From Eledone cirrhosa (taxonomy: Eukaryota): a stretch of DNA of 64,000 bases. Made by a program: the position numbers and the translations under genes. The notes under the pieces were generated by a model that had not been told where the DNA came from, made no database searches, and saw only the letters and a program-made list of their open reading frames with translations. Every line of letters begins with the position of its first letter. Position 1 is the stretch's first letter. Location of the stretch: positions 7,316,001 through 7,380,000 of the forward strand of contig OZ024754.1 in assembly GCA_964016885.1 (NCBI GenBank), written 5' to 3'. Below are positions 38,642 through 52,230 of the stretch, piece after piece.

Positions 38642-39582
38642 AATAATTGTTTCTACTTTTGGCACAAGCCAGCAATTATACCAGTGCATTACTGGTACTT
38701 TTTTTGATCGACCTCGTAAGGATGAAAAGCAAAGTTAAATTCGGCGGGATTTGAACGCAGACTGTAAAGGGGCATAACTCTATGCTGCAAAGCATCGCGC
38801 CCGACCCTCTACTGATACTGCATATCCACCACCGATTTGTTATAAATAATTGTTTCTACTTTTGGCACAAGACCAGCAATTATCCCAGTGCATTACTGGT
38901 ACTTTATTTTATCGACCCCCATAAGGATGAAAGGCAAAATTAACCTCGGCGGGATTTGAACTCAGACCATAATAATTGTTTCTACTTTAGGCACAAGGCC
39001 AGCAATTATCCCAGTGCATTACTGGTACTTTATTTTATCGACCCCGTAAGGATGAAAGGCAAAGTCAACCTCGGCGGGATTTGAACTCAGATCGTAAAGG
39101 GACGTAACTATGCTGGAAAGCATGGCGTCCGACCCTCTACCGATACTGCCAATCCACCCACAATAATTGTTTCTACTTTATGCACAAGGCCAGCAATTAA
39201 CCAGTGCATTACTGGTACTTTATTTTATCGACCCCTTACGGTAATGCACTGGGTAATAGCTGGCTTTGTGCCTAAAGTAAAAACAATTATTATGGGTGGA
39301 TTGGCAGTATCGGTAGAGGGTCGGACGCCATGCTTTCCAGCATAGTTACGTCCCTTTACGATCTGAGTTAATAATGATTTCTAATATAGGCACAAGGCCA
39401 GTGATTTGGAGGAAGGGAAAATCGATTAAATCGACGACCTCAGTACGTTACTGGTGCTCCATTTTATCGATCCCGTAAAGATGAGAGGCAAAGTTAAATT
39501 CGACGGGATTTGAACGCATACTGTAACTCTATGATGCACAGCATGTTGTCCAGCCCTCTAACGAGTTTGCCAATCCACCGCC
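38642..39582 (-). mobile_element. SINE pile-up (~5 copies) including an inverted duplication 39084-39369
   Basis: Repeated AATAATTGTTTCTACTTT.GGCACAAG starts at ~38643, 38846, 38971, 39163, 39371. Confidence 0.92.
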
Positions 39583-39647
39583 GTTTGTTATAAATAATAA
39601 ATATGAAATGGCAGCAAATGGACTGAGTGAGTGTTTTTACAACACCG

Positions 39648-39997
39648 TGTAAAATCTTTAGTGGTGTTTGTTCCAGCGCTCTGGACTCTGATTTCAATGT
39701 AAAATCTTTAGTGGTGTTTGTTCCAGCGCCCTGGACTCTGATTTCAATGTAAAATCTTTAGTGGTGTTTGTTCCAGCGCCCTGGACTCTGATTTCAATGT
39801 AAAATCTTTAGTGGTGTTTGTTCCAGCGCCCTGGACTCTGATTTCAATGTAAAATCTTTAGTGGTGTTTGTTCCAGCGCCCTGGACTCTGATTTCAATGT
39901 AAAATCTTTAGTGGTGTTTGTTCCAGCGCCCTGGACTCTGATTTCAATGTAAAATCTTTAGTGGTGTTCGCTCCAGCGTTCTGTACTCTGATTTCAA
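39648..39997. repeat. 50-bp tandem repeat x7 amplified from an old SINE head
   Basis: GTGGTGTTTG at 39661, 39711 ... 39961; continues into GCCGAGGTCAGTTTTG...AAGTACCAG. Confidence 0.92.
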
Positions 39998-40109
39998 ATG
40001 CTGCCGAGGTCAGTTTTGTTTTCATAGTTTCGAGTTCAATACAAAAGTACCAGTTCACTACTGAGGAGGATTCTTGCCCTATATTTCTTTTTCATTTCTT
40101 TTCAATCAT

Positions 40110-40397
40110 TCTCTCTCTCTTCCCCACAATCTCTCTCTCTCTTCTCCACCCTCCCTCTCTCTCTCTCCTCCACCCTCTCTCTCTCTCCTCCACTCTCTCT
40201 CTCCTCCACCCTCTCTCTCTCTGTCTCCCTTCTCCACCCTCTCTCTCTCTGTCTCCCTTCTCCACCCTCTCTCTCTCTCTCTTCTCCACCCTCTCTCTCT
40301 GTCTCTCTTCTCCACCATCTCTCTCTCTCTCTTATCCATCCTCTCTCTCATTCACTATTCTCCGCTCCCCTCTCCCTTCTCTCCCTCTCTCTCACTC
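40110..40397. repeat. (CT)n with CTCCACC spacers
   Basis: Direct inspection. Confidence 0.9.
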
Positions 40398-41294
40398 TGG
40401 AAGAAATTTGTGCTATATTCAGACCTGGAGTGGAGATGGGTCTGCCATATTTAAAGGAAGAATCGATCCCAGCATTTCAGTGGTATTTCTTCTTATAGAC
40501 TTCTAACAATTAATAGCAAAGTTAACCTCGGTAACACTACGAGTTCACCAGAAGTTACCCGTGAGCCTGCTTCTTAAGGAGATTGTTGGTAAACCGTAAA
40601 TACAATTTTTGCTCGCAATTATCTGTTAAAATATGATAGGTGGTGTCATCGAAATGTAAGAAAATAATAAAGATTTAGATGGAAATGTTAAAAGATAGTG
40701 AGTCCTCAAAGTCTTATGCGCCATTTGTAAGATATTTGAAAGCTAGTAGGAAGTCAATAACACCGAATTCTTAATAAACACTGATGCTTTATTGCATAAA
40801 TCTGTTACTGTTGTACCAGATGAAGCAGCTGCAATGGTTCTGGGAAAATGCAGGATTAATTGCATTCATGAAACATGATTTCAATGTTTCTAAATTTCTA
40901 CATTTTCGTTGAAAGCCAGATACTTCAAGTAGAAGTTATGAAATTTGTCCTTACAATTGTCACCTTCAAACGTTGAAATGAGAAAATCCACAGACATTTT
41001 AGAAATGTTATTGAATATTTACAGCATAAAAATAAACCCAATGATATGTGTTTCTACTTCATTGAGACGAAGCTGTCAACCAGCAATGACCAGAACAGAT
41101 TTGTGGATCTGTTAGAAACTACTATTAGTTTCCTTTAAAGAGAATAAAATATTCTCAACAGATATTTGTAGAACTTTTCATTGTTAAGTTCCTTTATGGT
41201 TGTTTGTTGGTCTATGACAATATCTTTATGGTTGTTTGTTGGTCTATGACAATATCTTTATGGTTGTAGAGCATATTATTATTATCATTATAGT

Positions 41295-41490
41295 GCGGTG
41301 GATTGGTAATATCGGTAGAGGTTCGGACGCCATGCTTTGCAGCATAGAGTTACGCCCTTTTAATGGTCCGAGTTCAAATCCCGCCGAGGTTAACTTTGCC
41401 TTTTATCCTTACGAGGTCGATAAAATAAAGTACCAGTAATGTACTGGGATAATTGCTGACCCTGTGCCAAAAGTAGAAACAATTATTATC
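41295..41490 (+). mobile_element. Deu/Nin-like SINE
   Basis: Family motifs. Confidence 0.9.
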
Positions 41491-41573
41491 ATTATCGTTG
41501 TTGTTGTTGTTGATATAATAAGAAAATATATTTCAAAGTTTATCACAAAGAAAAATTATTATGGACAATATTT

Positions 41574-41836
41574 TTGCTAAAAGTGTCTGGTATGAAATGT
41601 GTCCATACTTGGTAGAAGTGTCTGGTATGAAATGTGCCCATACTTGGTAGAAGTGTCTGGTATGAAATGTGTACATACTTGCTAAAAGTGTCTGGTATGA
41701 AATGTGTCCATACTCGCTAAAAGTATCTGGAATGAAATGTGTACATACTTGCTAAAAGTGTCTGGTATGAAATGTGTCCATACTTGCTAAAAGTGTCTGG
41801 TATGGAATGTATCCATACTTAGAAGAAGTGTCTAGT
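41574..41836. repeat. 35-bp minisatellite TTGCTAAAAGTGTCTGGTATGAAATGTGTCCATAC (~7.5 copies)
   Basis: Period 35. Confidence 0.93.
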
Positions 41837-41904
41837 ACTACAAATATCTTCAACAGAATCTATGGAAGAACTGATGTCGTTTATTGATACAGTGAATCGC
41901 CTAC

Positions 41905-42480
41905 AAACTTTCAACTTGGAACTACAGAGGGAATAAAACGGTTTCGAATAAGCTTACTGCTACAGCATGGCCGCATTCTAATGTATGAAGCTACTATTAC
42001 TGTCCTTAATAAAAAGAAATGATCCATTCTTCTGCTGGAAATTAATGAGTAGAAACTCTGATGTTGCTTAATAATAGAATATATTATCTACAAACTCTCT
42101 AATTAGAACTACAAAGAAGGGAGTAGATTGTTTTTGATATTACTACCCCAGCATGGCCGCAGTCTAATAAATACCACCAACAAGAACATAACTTCAATAA
42201 TCTGTTAACTTTCAACTTGACACTACAGAGGAGGAGTCTAATGCCCAAGCATGGCCGCAGCCTAGTAACTTGGCACTACAGAGGGCGATTCTAATGCCCA
42301 AGCATGGCCGCAGCCAAATGAATACAACCAACAAGAACATAACCCATCATCTGTTAAATCTCAACTTGGCACTACAGAGGACGATGCTAATGCCCAAGCA
42401 TGGCCGCAGCCTAGCAACTTGGCACTACAAATGACGATACTAATGCCCAAGCATGGTCGCAGCCTAGTAACTGAAACTAT
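41905..42480. repeat. irregular tandem array of AACTTGGCACTACAGAGG...AGCATGGCCGCAG units (~6)
   Basis: AGCATGGYCGCA at ~41963, 42150, 42248, 42301, 42397, 42450. Confidence 0.8.
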
Positions 42481-44160
42481 TGGATCTGGGGACTACAAGG
42501 TAACCACAAAACCATTGTTTCAGTCGAATGATGTTCACAATGTAAAAAAAAGAACTTTAGTCACATCAAAACAAAGCTGAACTTTCATTTCTTTCAAATG
42601 AATAAAGCAAACTATAGTATCTAATAAAAATACTGGACTTTCGCATCTCTTGAGCTAAATATTTTATTGTATTATGTATTTATATTCCATTTTTCATAAC
42701 CCTTTAGTGATTATCCATCAAGTTATTTATCGTTTCAATACATTCCTATCATATTTCTGTGCCTCTCTTTAAATCTAAATCATCTCACAGTAAATTGTAG
42801 TCTAGTGTAAATGTGTATTATATAACTGGTGTAAGTAATGTTTAAATAATACACCACAATGTATTATTTTATTACTGAATCTGGATGTTATTGACACCAA
42901 ATTATCATATGTATTGAGAAACAGACGTCAATACTATTTTGTTACGCTTACGACTCCTCACAAATACGTGATTTCGTCTGAGATCTTTATAGCAGTTGGT
43001 TATCAAATAAATCCAATAATAGCAGGAAAAAAATTGCTTCTACCATTATATATCTATTCGCACATAGACACCTCACTCTCACTCACTCCACCATCTTCAC
43101 TCAAACACTACCCCCACCCTCACTCTCCCCCACCCTCACTCTCCCCACCCCCCACTCTCTACCACCCTCACTCTCCCCCACCTCTCATCCCCCTCTCCAA
43201 CATACCCCCCCTCCCCCCAATAGAACAACAGTTAAAACAGCTAAATGTGAGTGAGTGACAGGCAGATGAAATGTGCGCCAACACACTTCTCCTTTTCCTC
43301 CTTCTCTTTCAATCTTTTCTATACTTCATCTACCTGTCACCCACCTTGTAGATTGTCTCAGTTTACAACTTGCTGCTGGTCTCTGACCTCTGAGGAACTT
43401 TCTCCATCACTGTCTTTGACAGCTTTTAGCTGTTCTAAGCGATGTGTTCTTTCATTTTTTTATCTATTGAAATACACTCTCGCTTCGTCTCGATCAGAGA
43501 TACATTTAGTTTTTCATTTAATGTGTGTGTATTCACGTTTACGTGAACCATTTTTACACCAACCTACCTCAGCCTAACCATCGTAACCAGTCCTTTCAGT
43601 CCTGTAGGCCTAAATTTCCAGTATTTTAAGATAATTAATCATATAGGTCTCGCATGTTTATTATTTATTTATTCACATTGAAAATGAAGAATCTACACAC
43701 ATAAACACAGAAACACACACACACAAACACGCACAAACACGCACAAGCACACACACAAAGACGCACAAAGACGCACAAACACTCGCACAAACACGCACAA
43801 ACACACATCACAAGCACACGCACGGCTGAGAAAATGAACAAATGCTTTCATCCCATAATTTTTCATCCGATTCTTCCACCTCTTTCTCTCTTCCTCCTTT
43901 TCTTTCTATTTCTCCTTCTCACTGTCATTCTACCTTCCGATGAATAAATAACGTCCGAAACGGCGAGACACATTACCTACTATATCAAGCGTTAAACTTA
44001 TACATATCATTATTATATTTTATCGCTCTCTAGTGTCGTTTTAGTCGTTGACTGTTGGCGCGCGCGCGCGCGAACACACACACACACACATAAAGACATA
44101 TCTTAAACCGTGTCTGTGCCCAAATACAAATTATCGTATATCTCTCTCTATATATATATA

Positions 44161-44349
44161 GTAATTGTCTCTACTTTAGGCACAAGGCCAGTAATTACCC
44201 AGTGCATTACTGGTACTTTATTTTATCGACCCCGTAAGGATGAAAGGCAAAGTCAACCTCGGCGGGATTTGAACTCAGATCGTAAAGGGACGTAACTATG
44301 CTGGAAAGCATGGCGTCCGACCCTCTACCGATACTGCCAATCCACCGCC
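44161..44349 (-). mobile_element. Deu/Nin-like SINE, young copy
   Basis: Nearly identical to 21215-21403 and 38971-39160. Confidence 0.93.
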
Positions 44350-44351
44350 TG

Positions 44352-44576
44352 TATATATAGTAATAATAATAAATTTGAAGACTAAAATCCAAAGAGGGCT
44401 CGATAAGGATAAATATATATCAAATATATAAGAACCGTAGAGCAAATATTTATTAAAATAACAGATTAAAGTTTAAGCAAAGAATCGCTGCTTTCACCCT
44501 TAACGGGATCTTCAGAAGATCCCGTTAAGGGTGAAAGCAGGGATTCTTTGCTTAAACTTTAATCGGTTATTTTAAT
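44352..44576 (-). mobile_element. non-coding element with a palindrome (44452-44576) whose apex is a hammerhead core
   Basis: Minus strand CTGAAGA-TCCC GTTAA GGGT-GAAA-GCAGCGATTCTT; axis of symmetry at A44514. Confidence 0.7.
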
Positions 44577-44587
44577 ATATATATATT

Positions 44588-44773
44588 GTGTGTGTTTTTG
44601 TCTGATTATATGTGTGTGTGTTTGTGAGTGTGATTATATATGTATATATGTGTGTGTGTTTGTGTGTGTGTTTTTGTGTGATTATATATGTATGTCTGTG
44701 TGTGTTTGTGTGTGATTATATATGTATGTCTGTTTGTGTGTGACATATATATATGTGCGTTTGTGGGTGTGAT

Positions 44774-44831
<58 letters not shown>

Positions 44832-45003
44832 CTCTATTTGTTTGTTACAAAATGGATTCTATTTTTGATGTTACATTGATTTATTCTTATTTTTATCGTC
44901 TGATTCCTTCACAAAGTCTTGAACTTTCTTCACAATTTCTCTGTAGAATTGAAAATTAAAAATTGCTTCACGATCTCCCCTACTTTACACTCCCACCAAC
45001 ACA

Positions 45004-45040
<37 letters not shown>

Positions 45041-45522
45041 GTATATATACGTATTTTTTGATGATTTTATTTATTTTCACTGTATAAGTGAATGTCTCTG
45101 TCTGCCCATATATCTGTGTGTGTGTGTGTGTGTGTTTGCATGTATGTATTTATATATATGTATATCTTTGTATATATGTATGTCTGTATGTTTTTGCATG
45201 TATGTATTTATATATATGTATATCTTTGTATATATGTATGTCTGTATGTGTTTGTATCTATATGTATGTGTTTGTATATGTCTGTATGTATGTATATGTA
45301 TGTATGTGTTTGTATGTATGTATTTATATATATGTATATCTTTATATATATATATGTATGTCTGTATGTGTTTGTATATGAATGTGTTTGTATATGTCTG
45401 TATATATATCTATCTATGTATGTGTTTGTATATGTCTGTATATATATATATGTATGTATGGGTGTATGTTTATGTATGTGTTTGTATATGTATGTATGTA
45501 TGTATGTGTTTGTATATGTCTG
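44588..45522. repeat. TG/TA/TATG compound microsatellites
   Basis: Direct inspection. Confidence 0.9.
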
Positions 45523-46105
45523 CGTGCCTCAGTAATGGAATATTAGATGCGTATATCCTCTTGCTTTGATAAATGAACTCAAACTGAGGTCGTTATTAAT
45601 AATTTACTAAAAATATTCTTCGTTAGTTATTTATATTACACCACACATCGAAATACATATACATGATTAAAACACACACACATACACACACAGACCCGCC
45701 CACACACACACACACGCACGTGTATATATGCATCTATGTTTTATTGTGTTGCGTCTTTCTCTGTAGGTGTTCGAGTGCAACACAAAAGAACAAATATGAG
45801 TATTCAAAACAAAATGTTATATACGCATATATGTTCAAAGATACATACACATATATATCTATATATATAAATCGTGCGAAACCATTGTGATGGTTTCAAA
45901 GCTGATGAGGGTGATTATGGGTGTGTGTAAACTTGTCTTGTATATCACCTTTCTTTGTAAAGTACTCTACAATTTGTATTCCTTAGAATGGTATCGATAA
46001 GCCATCGTCTGGAATCTCTATATGATAAAGATAGACGGTTATAAATGTACAACCTCTGTTTATTAAACAGAGGTTGCACATTTAACATCGTATCTCATAT
46101 TTATG

Positions 46106-46285
46106 ACACACGCACATACACACATACACACACACATACATACACACACATACACACATACGCACACAAACACACACATACACACACACACACACACACA
46201 TATATACACACACACACACACACAGATACATACACACACATACATACACAGACATACATACACACAGGTACATACACATATACAT

Positions 46286-46326
<41 letters not shown>
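46106..46326. repeat. (CA/CATA)n microsatellite
   Basis: Direct inspection. Confidence 0.92.
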
Positions 46327-47452
46327 ATTACAATTTAGCTTCAGGCATAGATGTATACTGATATGTATTGGAATTTCGTATTTCAGAAGAGATACGGTAT
46401 GTTTGAAATAAAAATTTAGGGAGCCGTAGCTATGCCAAAACACCAACGACTACTGCCATCTGGCGGTGTCCAGCAGAAGCAAGGGGGAAAATTATGGATG
46501 CGCATTTAGAACTAAACTGGTTCTCATTAACACTATCCCTCCCACCCCTGCATGTGTATGCTACATACACATACATACTTAAATATACTATGGCTATATG
46601 CATAACTATATATCTCTACATAATTAACTACAACTTTCGTCAGTCCCTTGAAAACAATTCAATGAAAAAAATATCAAAACAAGTGGCAAATATACCGAAT
46701 TTTTCACGTTAGACCTGCATCCGTTTCCTGACTATAAAATGTGACTGAGTTCTCAGTTATATCTATCTAAGGATACGACTAGTACTACATTTCAGCCTCA
46801 GTAGAAATTAATATCGCAGAATTTGAAATGATAATATAATATAAAGATATATAATATAAAGATATATAATATAAAGATATATAATATAAATATATGTAAC
46901 ACTATCGTAAAAAGAATTATGCTCGGCATTCTATGGCTTAACTCATCTACTATCCTTGTCTCCAGTATAATATATCGTTTCTTCAAATGTTATGGAATTA
47001 CTTTAAAGAAATAGCAATATACATATAGAAGCAGATATATCAATGTTCTGATTTCATTACTGTGTGTTTCAATGAAACCAAGGTGTTTCACTCCATTACA
47101 TGAAATTATTATCCCAATTCAAAGGTAGGACTATTTCCCCTTGTATTGAATAATTTAACATCTCAGTTTATTAATATAACAATGCTACAATACATGAAGA
47201 GTGGAAATGAAGTCATTTCAAGGAAGAAATTTGTGTGAGGGCTCAAGTTTATTGCTCTTGTTAAGAGACGACATATTAAGATTTCTACGTCGGTGGCTGT
47301 CAACAAAGAATTTAACTGTATTGGATTATTTCGATTTCTATTATAATTATTCAATCGTGTGTGTATTCTGGGGTTAAATTTGTAAATTTGACTGTATTAC
47401 TGGTTCGAAATGTATCTACTTTTCCTTTGTATACTATCGTCCTTATCAGCAT

Positions 47453-47587
47453 ATCTCTCTCTCTCCCTCCCCCCTTTCTCTCTCTCTCTATATATCTATA
47501 TCTATATCTATCTATCTATCTATATATATATATTTATATATTTCTATCTCTCTCTCTATATATATATTTATATATATATATATATAT

Positions 47588-47676
<89 letters not shown>

Positions 47677-47688
47677 TATATATATATA

Positions 47689-47728
<40 letters not shown>

Positions 47729-47749
47729 TATATATATATAATATATACA

Positions 47750-47785
<36 letters not shown>

Positions 47786-47804
47786 ATATATATATATATA
47801 TATA

Positions 47805-47900
<96 letters not shown>

Positions 47901-48017
47901 TAATATACAAACATATATATAATATATATATATATAATATACACACATATATATATATATATATAATATACAAACATATAAATATATAATATATATAATA
48001 TACAAACATATATATAT

Positions 48018-48054
<37 letters not shown>

Positions 48055-48295
48055 CACACACATATATATATATATATAATATACACACATATATATATAT
48101 ATATATATAATATACACACATATATATATATATATATATAATATACACACATATATATATATATATATATATAATATACACACATATATATATATATATA
48201 TAATATACACACATATATATATATATATATAATATACACATATATATATATATATAATATACACATATATATATATATATAATATACACACACAC
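47453..48295. repeat. large (TA)n-derived array with AATATACAC spacers
   Basis: ~800 bp; explains the Y/I ORFs. Confidence 0.95.
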
Positions 48296-48309
48296 CTGTA
48301 TATATTTAT

Positions 48310-48480
48310 ATAATTGTTTCTACTTTTGGCACAAGGCCATCAAGTACTTTATTTTATCGACTCCGTAAGGATAAAAGGCAAAGTTAACCTCGGCGGGATT
48401 TGAACTCTGACCGTAAAGGGACGTAACTATGCTAGAAAGCATGGTGTCCAACCCTCTACTGATACTCCCAATTCACCGCC
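48310..48480 (-). mobile_element. Deu/Nin-like SINE
   Basis: Family motifs with an internal deletion. Confidence 0.88.
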
Positions 48481-49120
48481 ATTATATAACACACAGACAC
48501 AGAGGAAAACTCCTTAGAACTATTTACATGAATATATTTCTAAACAAAGCAAAGAAATGCAATATTTCTACGGTGTGATAGTAATTGTAGCTGGCCTGAT
48601 AGGAGAGATATATAATGAACATCACCTTTATTCTGCTCGACACATGACGTCTTGTTGGAGTCTTTAAGACGTTGTATGCTTTAATTGTGATGACTGTGAT
48701 TTGGTTTTCGATTTGTTATCACACTCCCACGTCTCCTCTCCAGTTATTGTATTCAAACATCGTATTATAATAATATCACATCAGCATTAAACACTACAAA
48801 ACTTCATTTCTATCTTAATAGATATTAATTAGTTACAGAAGAATGGTTCCTTGTTGCAGCTTCATTCAATTTGGAAATCTTCAAAATAAACAACACACCC
48901 AAATTAAGTTTACATTAGAATTAAATAAACAAACAAACATTTCTCCACTTTGACTTAATTGTATTTTGAAAATGATTAATCTTTATTACATAATACATTT
49001 CGAAATACAATATTCAGAAACTATAATATCAGAAAGCACTATTAGATATATTTTCTTTATCAAATTGTATTTTGTGAATGGGTTACATTGTGAAGAATGT
49101 AAATGCTTACACATGAATAA

Positions 49121-49310
49121 ATAATTGTTTTTAGATTTGGCACAAGGCCAGCAATTATCCCAGTGTATTACTGCTACTTTATTTTATCGACCCCGTAAGG
49201 ATGAAAGGCAAAGTTAACCTCGGCGGGATTTGAACTCAGTCCGTAAAGGGACGTAACTGTGCTGCAAAGCATGGCGTCCGACTCTCTACCGATACTGCCA
49301 ATCCACCACC
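49121..49310 (-). mobile_element. Deu/Nin-like SINE
   Basis: Family motifs. Confidence 0.92.
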
Positions 49311-49469
49311 ATCAAATGAATAAATAATATACGCCAGTAGTTGCGACTGGTAGATATTATCAACAATAGAATGTTAAATGGAACCTCTGTTTCCTGGGTT
49401 CGATCTGACGATTGCTTCTTTTGCTTTTTTAAAATGATTACAGACATAAACGTCATTTATCTTCTTCTT

Positions 49470-49810
49470 CGGCCGAGTTTACATTTGCAAAGATTCAGTA
49501 CGCCCTCTCCAATCGTTCCCGTCGACCATGATATTTCTTAGTTCACCGATGTTATCAATGTTGGCATCTCTCAGCAGGGTATCAATGAACGAGACGGCCT
49601 GACTTCCCACGCTTCTTCGTCCGACCGCCGGATTCCAGAGCATAAGTTACGATGCTGTCTCTTCTGCATGACGGATGCAGTGCACAGCCAGTTTCATTCG
49701 TCTGCAGGCAACTGTTTTTAAGACTGGTGGTAGTGATCAGTATAGTTCCTTATTTGTCAGCTTCTGTTTCCAAGAAATGTTGAGATACATTCTCAACATC
49801 CTCCTGTAAG
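49470..49810 (-). mobile_element. RTE-clade LINE 3' fragment (degenerate)
   Basis: RRMLRMYLNISWKQKLTNKELY...RRMKLAVHCIRHAEETAS.LMLWNP...SFIDTLLRD, with stops. Confidence 0.85.
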
Positions 49811-50037
49811 TATTAATGTATTAATATAGAAGAACAAATTGAAAATTATATCGTTACGAATTGTTCAATAATAATTTACGATTTATTTCTTATGCTCAAA
49901 TAAATATTCTGTTTTCTGAAGTGTCTTGGGAAAAGAATGAATATGGCCCTGTTAACTGAATAGCTGTCAATTGCTAGGTGTGTGGTGATAGTCACAACCT
50001 TACAAACATCCCATATATTATTCAATATAAAATGTGT

Positions 50038-50065
<28 letters not shown>

Positions 50066-50070
<5 letters not shown>

Positions 50071-50159
50071 GTAATAATAATAAAATTGAAGACTAAAATC
50101 CAAAGAGGGCTCGATAAGGAAAATATATATCAAATATATAACTTTAATCTGTTATTTTA

Positions 50160-50166
<7 letters not shown>
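50066..50166. mobile_element. third, internally inverted copy of the 9342/44352 element in (TA)n
   Basis: GTAATAATAATAAAATTGAAGACTAAAATCCAAAGAGGGCTCGATAAGG joined to ACTTTAATCTGTTATTTTAATAAATA. Confidence 0.8.
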
Positions 50167-50196
<30 letters not shown>

Positions 50197-50197
50197 T

Positions 50198-50321
50198 AAC
50201 GAAGGAAGTGTGGTAAGGAACTAGGTGGACCATAACGCACCAGAGTACTCGATACTTAGGGTAGTAGAGTGGGTAATAGGAAAGGTCCCGAGCCCAGCCG
50301 TCGAGGTCCTGACTCTTTTCC
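50198..50321 (-). mobile_element. short (TA)n-embedded element homologous to 3299-3426
   Basis: Reverse-complement match at both ends with a different middle. Confidence 0.75.
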
Positions 50322-50380
50322 TATATATATATAAAGGGAAACAAATATTTTTCTTCCTAATAATCGTCTCTTTCTCCCTG

Positions 50381-50450
<70 letters not shown>

Positions 50451-51754
50451 TTCAAGCTTCATAACTTCTCATCTGGCCGAAATTAGTTGATATATTTAAT
50501 GTTAGTGGTTTTACTTAATGATGTGATGCAATTTGGGATTAGATCTTGCATTGTCTGCGGATTTCTACATACAGTACATGTATAATGTTAGTTATTGATA
50601 AACCTCTGTTAAGGAAAATAATTAGTTTTATCGAATGTAATGATGAGGGATCATGTTCTATACTTTCATTAATCATCGAAACCTTCAGCTTTATTCTGAC
50701 GTCCACCGCTGTGTTTCATAGAACGGCAGAATTAACGATTTCATTAGTAAAGGGTGTTCTGACATGGTTAGCCGCCAGGGATTATGTAATTCATTGATAA
50801 GATAAGATCATTTATGTAAAGAAAATGGCAAATTCATTCGTTACATAAACATTGTTGTCCACAATTAATTGTTAATATTGGCATGTACTCCATCAACTAG
50901 ATCCTACTCTTAAATCTTAAGGTTTTAATTTTAAAAGGATGAAAGATCGTGACTTTGTGACTATTAAAGAAAACCTTCCTACTGGTTAGGTTTAAGATAT
51001 TAAATGATGTTTTAAATTGGCAACTACAAATCGACCTTTGTAAATCACGTAACTATATTGATAAATCATTCGTTCATAGATTGTATTAGTTGACACAACA
51101 AAATAAATTTCAAAAAAGAAAAACGAAAAAAAAAAACGAAAAAAAGATAACACTAATAAAATTATTAAATGTTGTTTCTAATACGATTAAATGATTCTAA
51201 AAATATATTTCTGCTCTCTGGCATCGAACAATAGACTTATTGCATAATACACTCACATTAATCATGGTATTGTTAACTCCCTAAATGTGTTCCTTAATCT
51301 AATTAATGTAACCCTATCCCACAACACAAATGATTCACACACACAAAAAACAACAACAGCAACATAAATTATCGAACGTAAATTTAAAATACAACTTTTA
51401 CTCTTACATTTCAATTTCATTTCCTAGGAAAAGATTTTTTTTTTCAAAACTAATGTTGCATTAATTTGCATAATTTCTCTAAATTAATTAATTTTTTTTC
51501 TCATCAATAAATCTTGGAGATACAGTATTCGTTATTATTATTGTGTTGTGTTGTTTGTGTTTTTATTTGTCGGAAGATAGAAATAATACATTTCTAAAGG
51601 CGTTACATGGCACATGGCTCTTGCTTTGAAACGTTGTGTCTTTAGGGAAATATTCTAAGTATTCAAAACACATAAACACCCTCCATCCGTCCCGCAATCC
51701 CTCCATCAATACAAGGTGTATATATGTGTGCGTGTAGGACCTTCTTTTCATCGG

Positions 51755-52110
51755 AGGACAGGGTTGCAGTCGTTAGACCAACTAGTCAACATGATTCTGC
51801 AGTTAACATGGAGATAGCTGAACATTCCCCTGGGATCTATACACTTAAGGAAATTCTAAAATTTTGAAATCAGAGTAACCCTTCCCCTAGACAGACTTCC
51901 ACACAAGGCTGACAAGTTCTCTCTGCCAGGATCAACTGGTTTTAGGGCACCAGTAACTCACATTTGTCCCTTGTTCTTGTCAGTCCACACATCTCCATCT
52001 CGTGAAGGCAAGGAGCTGGGTTCTTGTTGTTTTCAGAAACTACATGAAACGCAAGCCGTTTGGGGCTTTTCAGTAGAGAGTGGATTCTCAGACCTACTCT
52101 CACCCCAGCG
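51755..52110 (-). mobile_element. probable RTE-like LINE 5' UTR fragment
   Basis: CCCTTCCCCTAGA..CAAGGCTGAC..CAACTGGTTTTAGGGCACCAGTAAC resembles RTE 5' UTRs from memory. Confidence 0.5.
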
Positions 52111-52120
52111 ATGATAATCC

Positions 52121-52165
<45 letters not shown>

Positions 52166-52193
52166 AAAAATATAGAAATGGTTTCTACAGGAC

Positions 52194-52230
52194 TAGAACT
52201 GTTTCATTCGAAGGAAAAAATCATCAGCTA
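52194..52230 (-). ncRNA. minimal hammerhead-like motif next to (TA)n
   Basis: TAG-CTGATGA-TTTTTTC CTTC GAAT-GAAA-CAG-TT-CTA; a core-deleted second copy lies at ~52832-52878. Confidence 0.5.
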
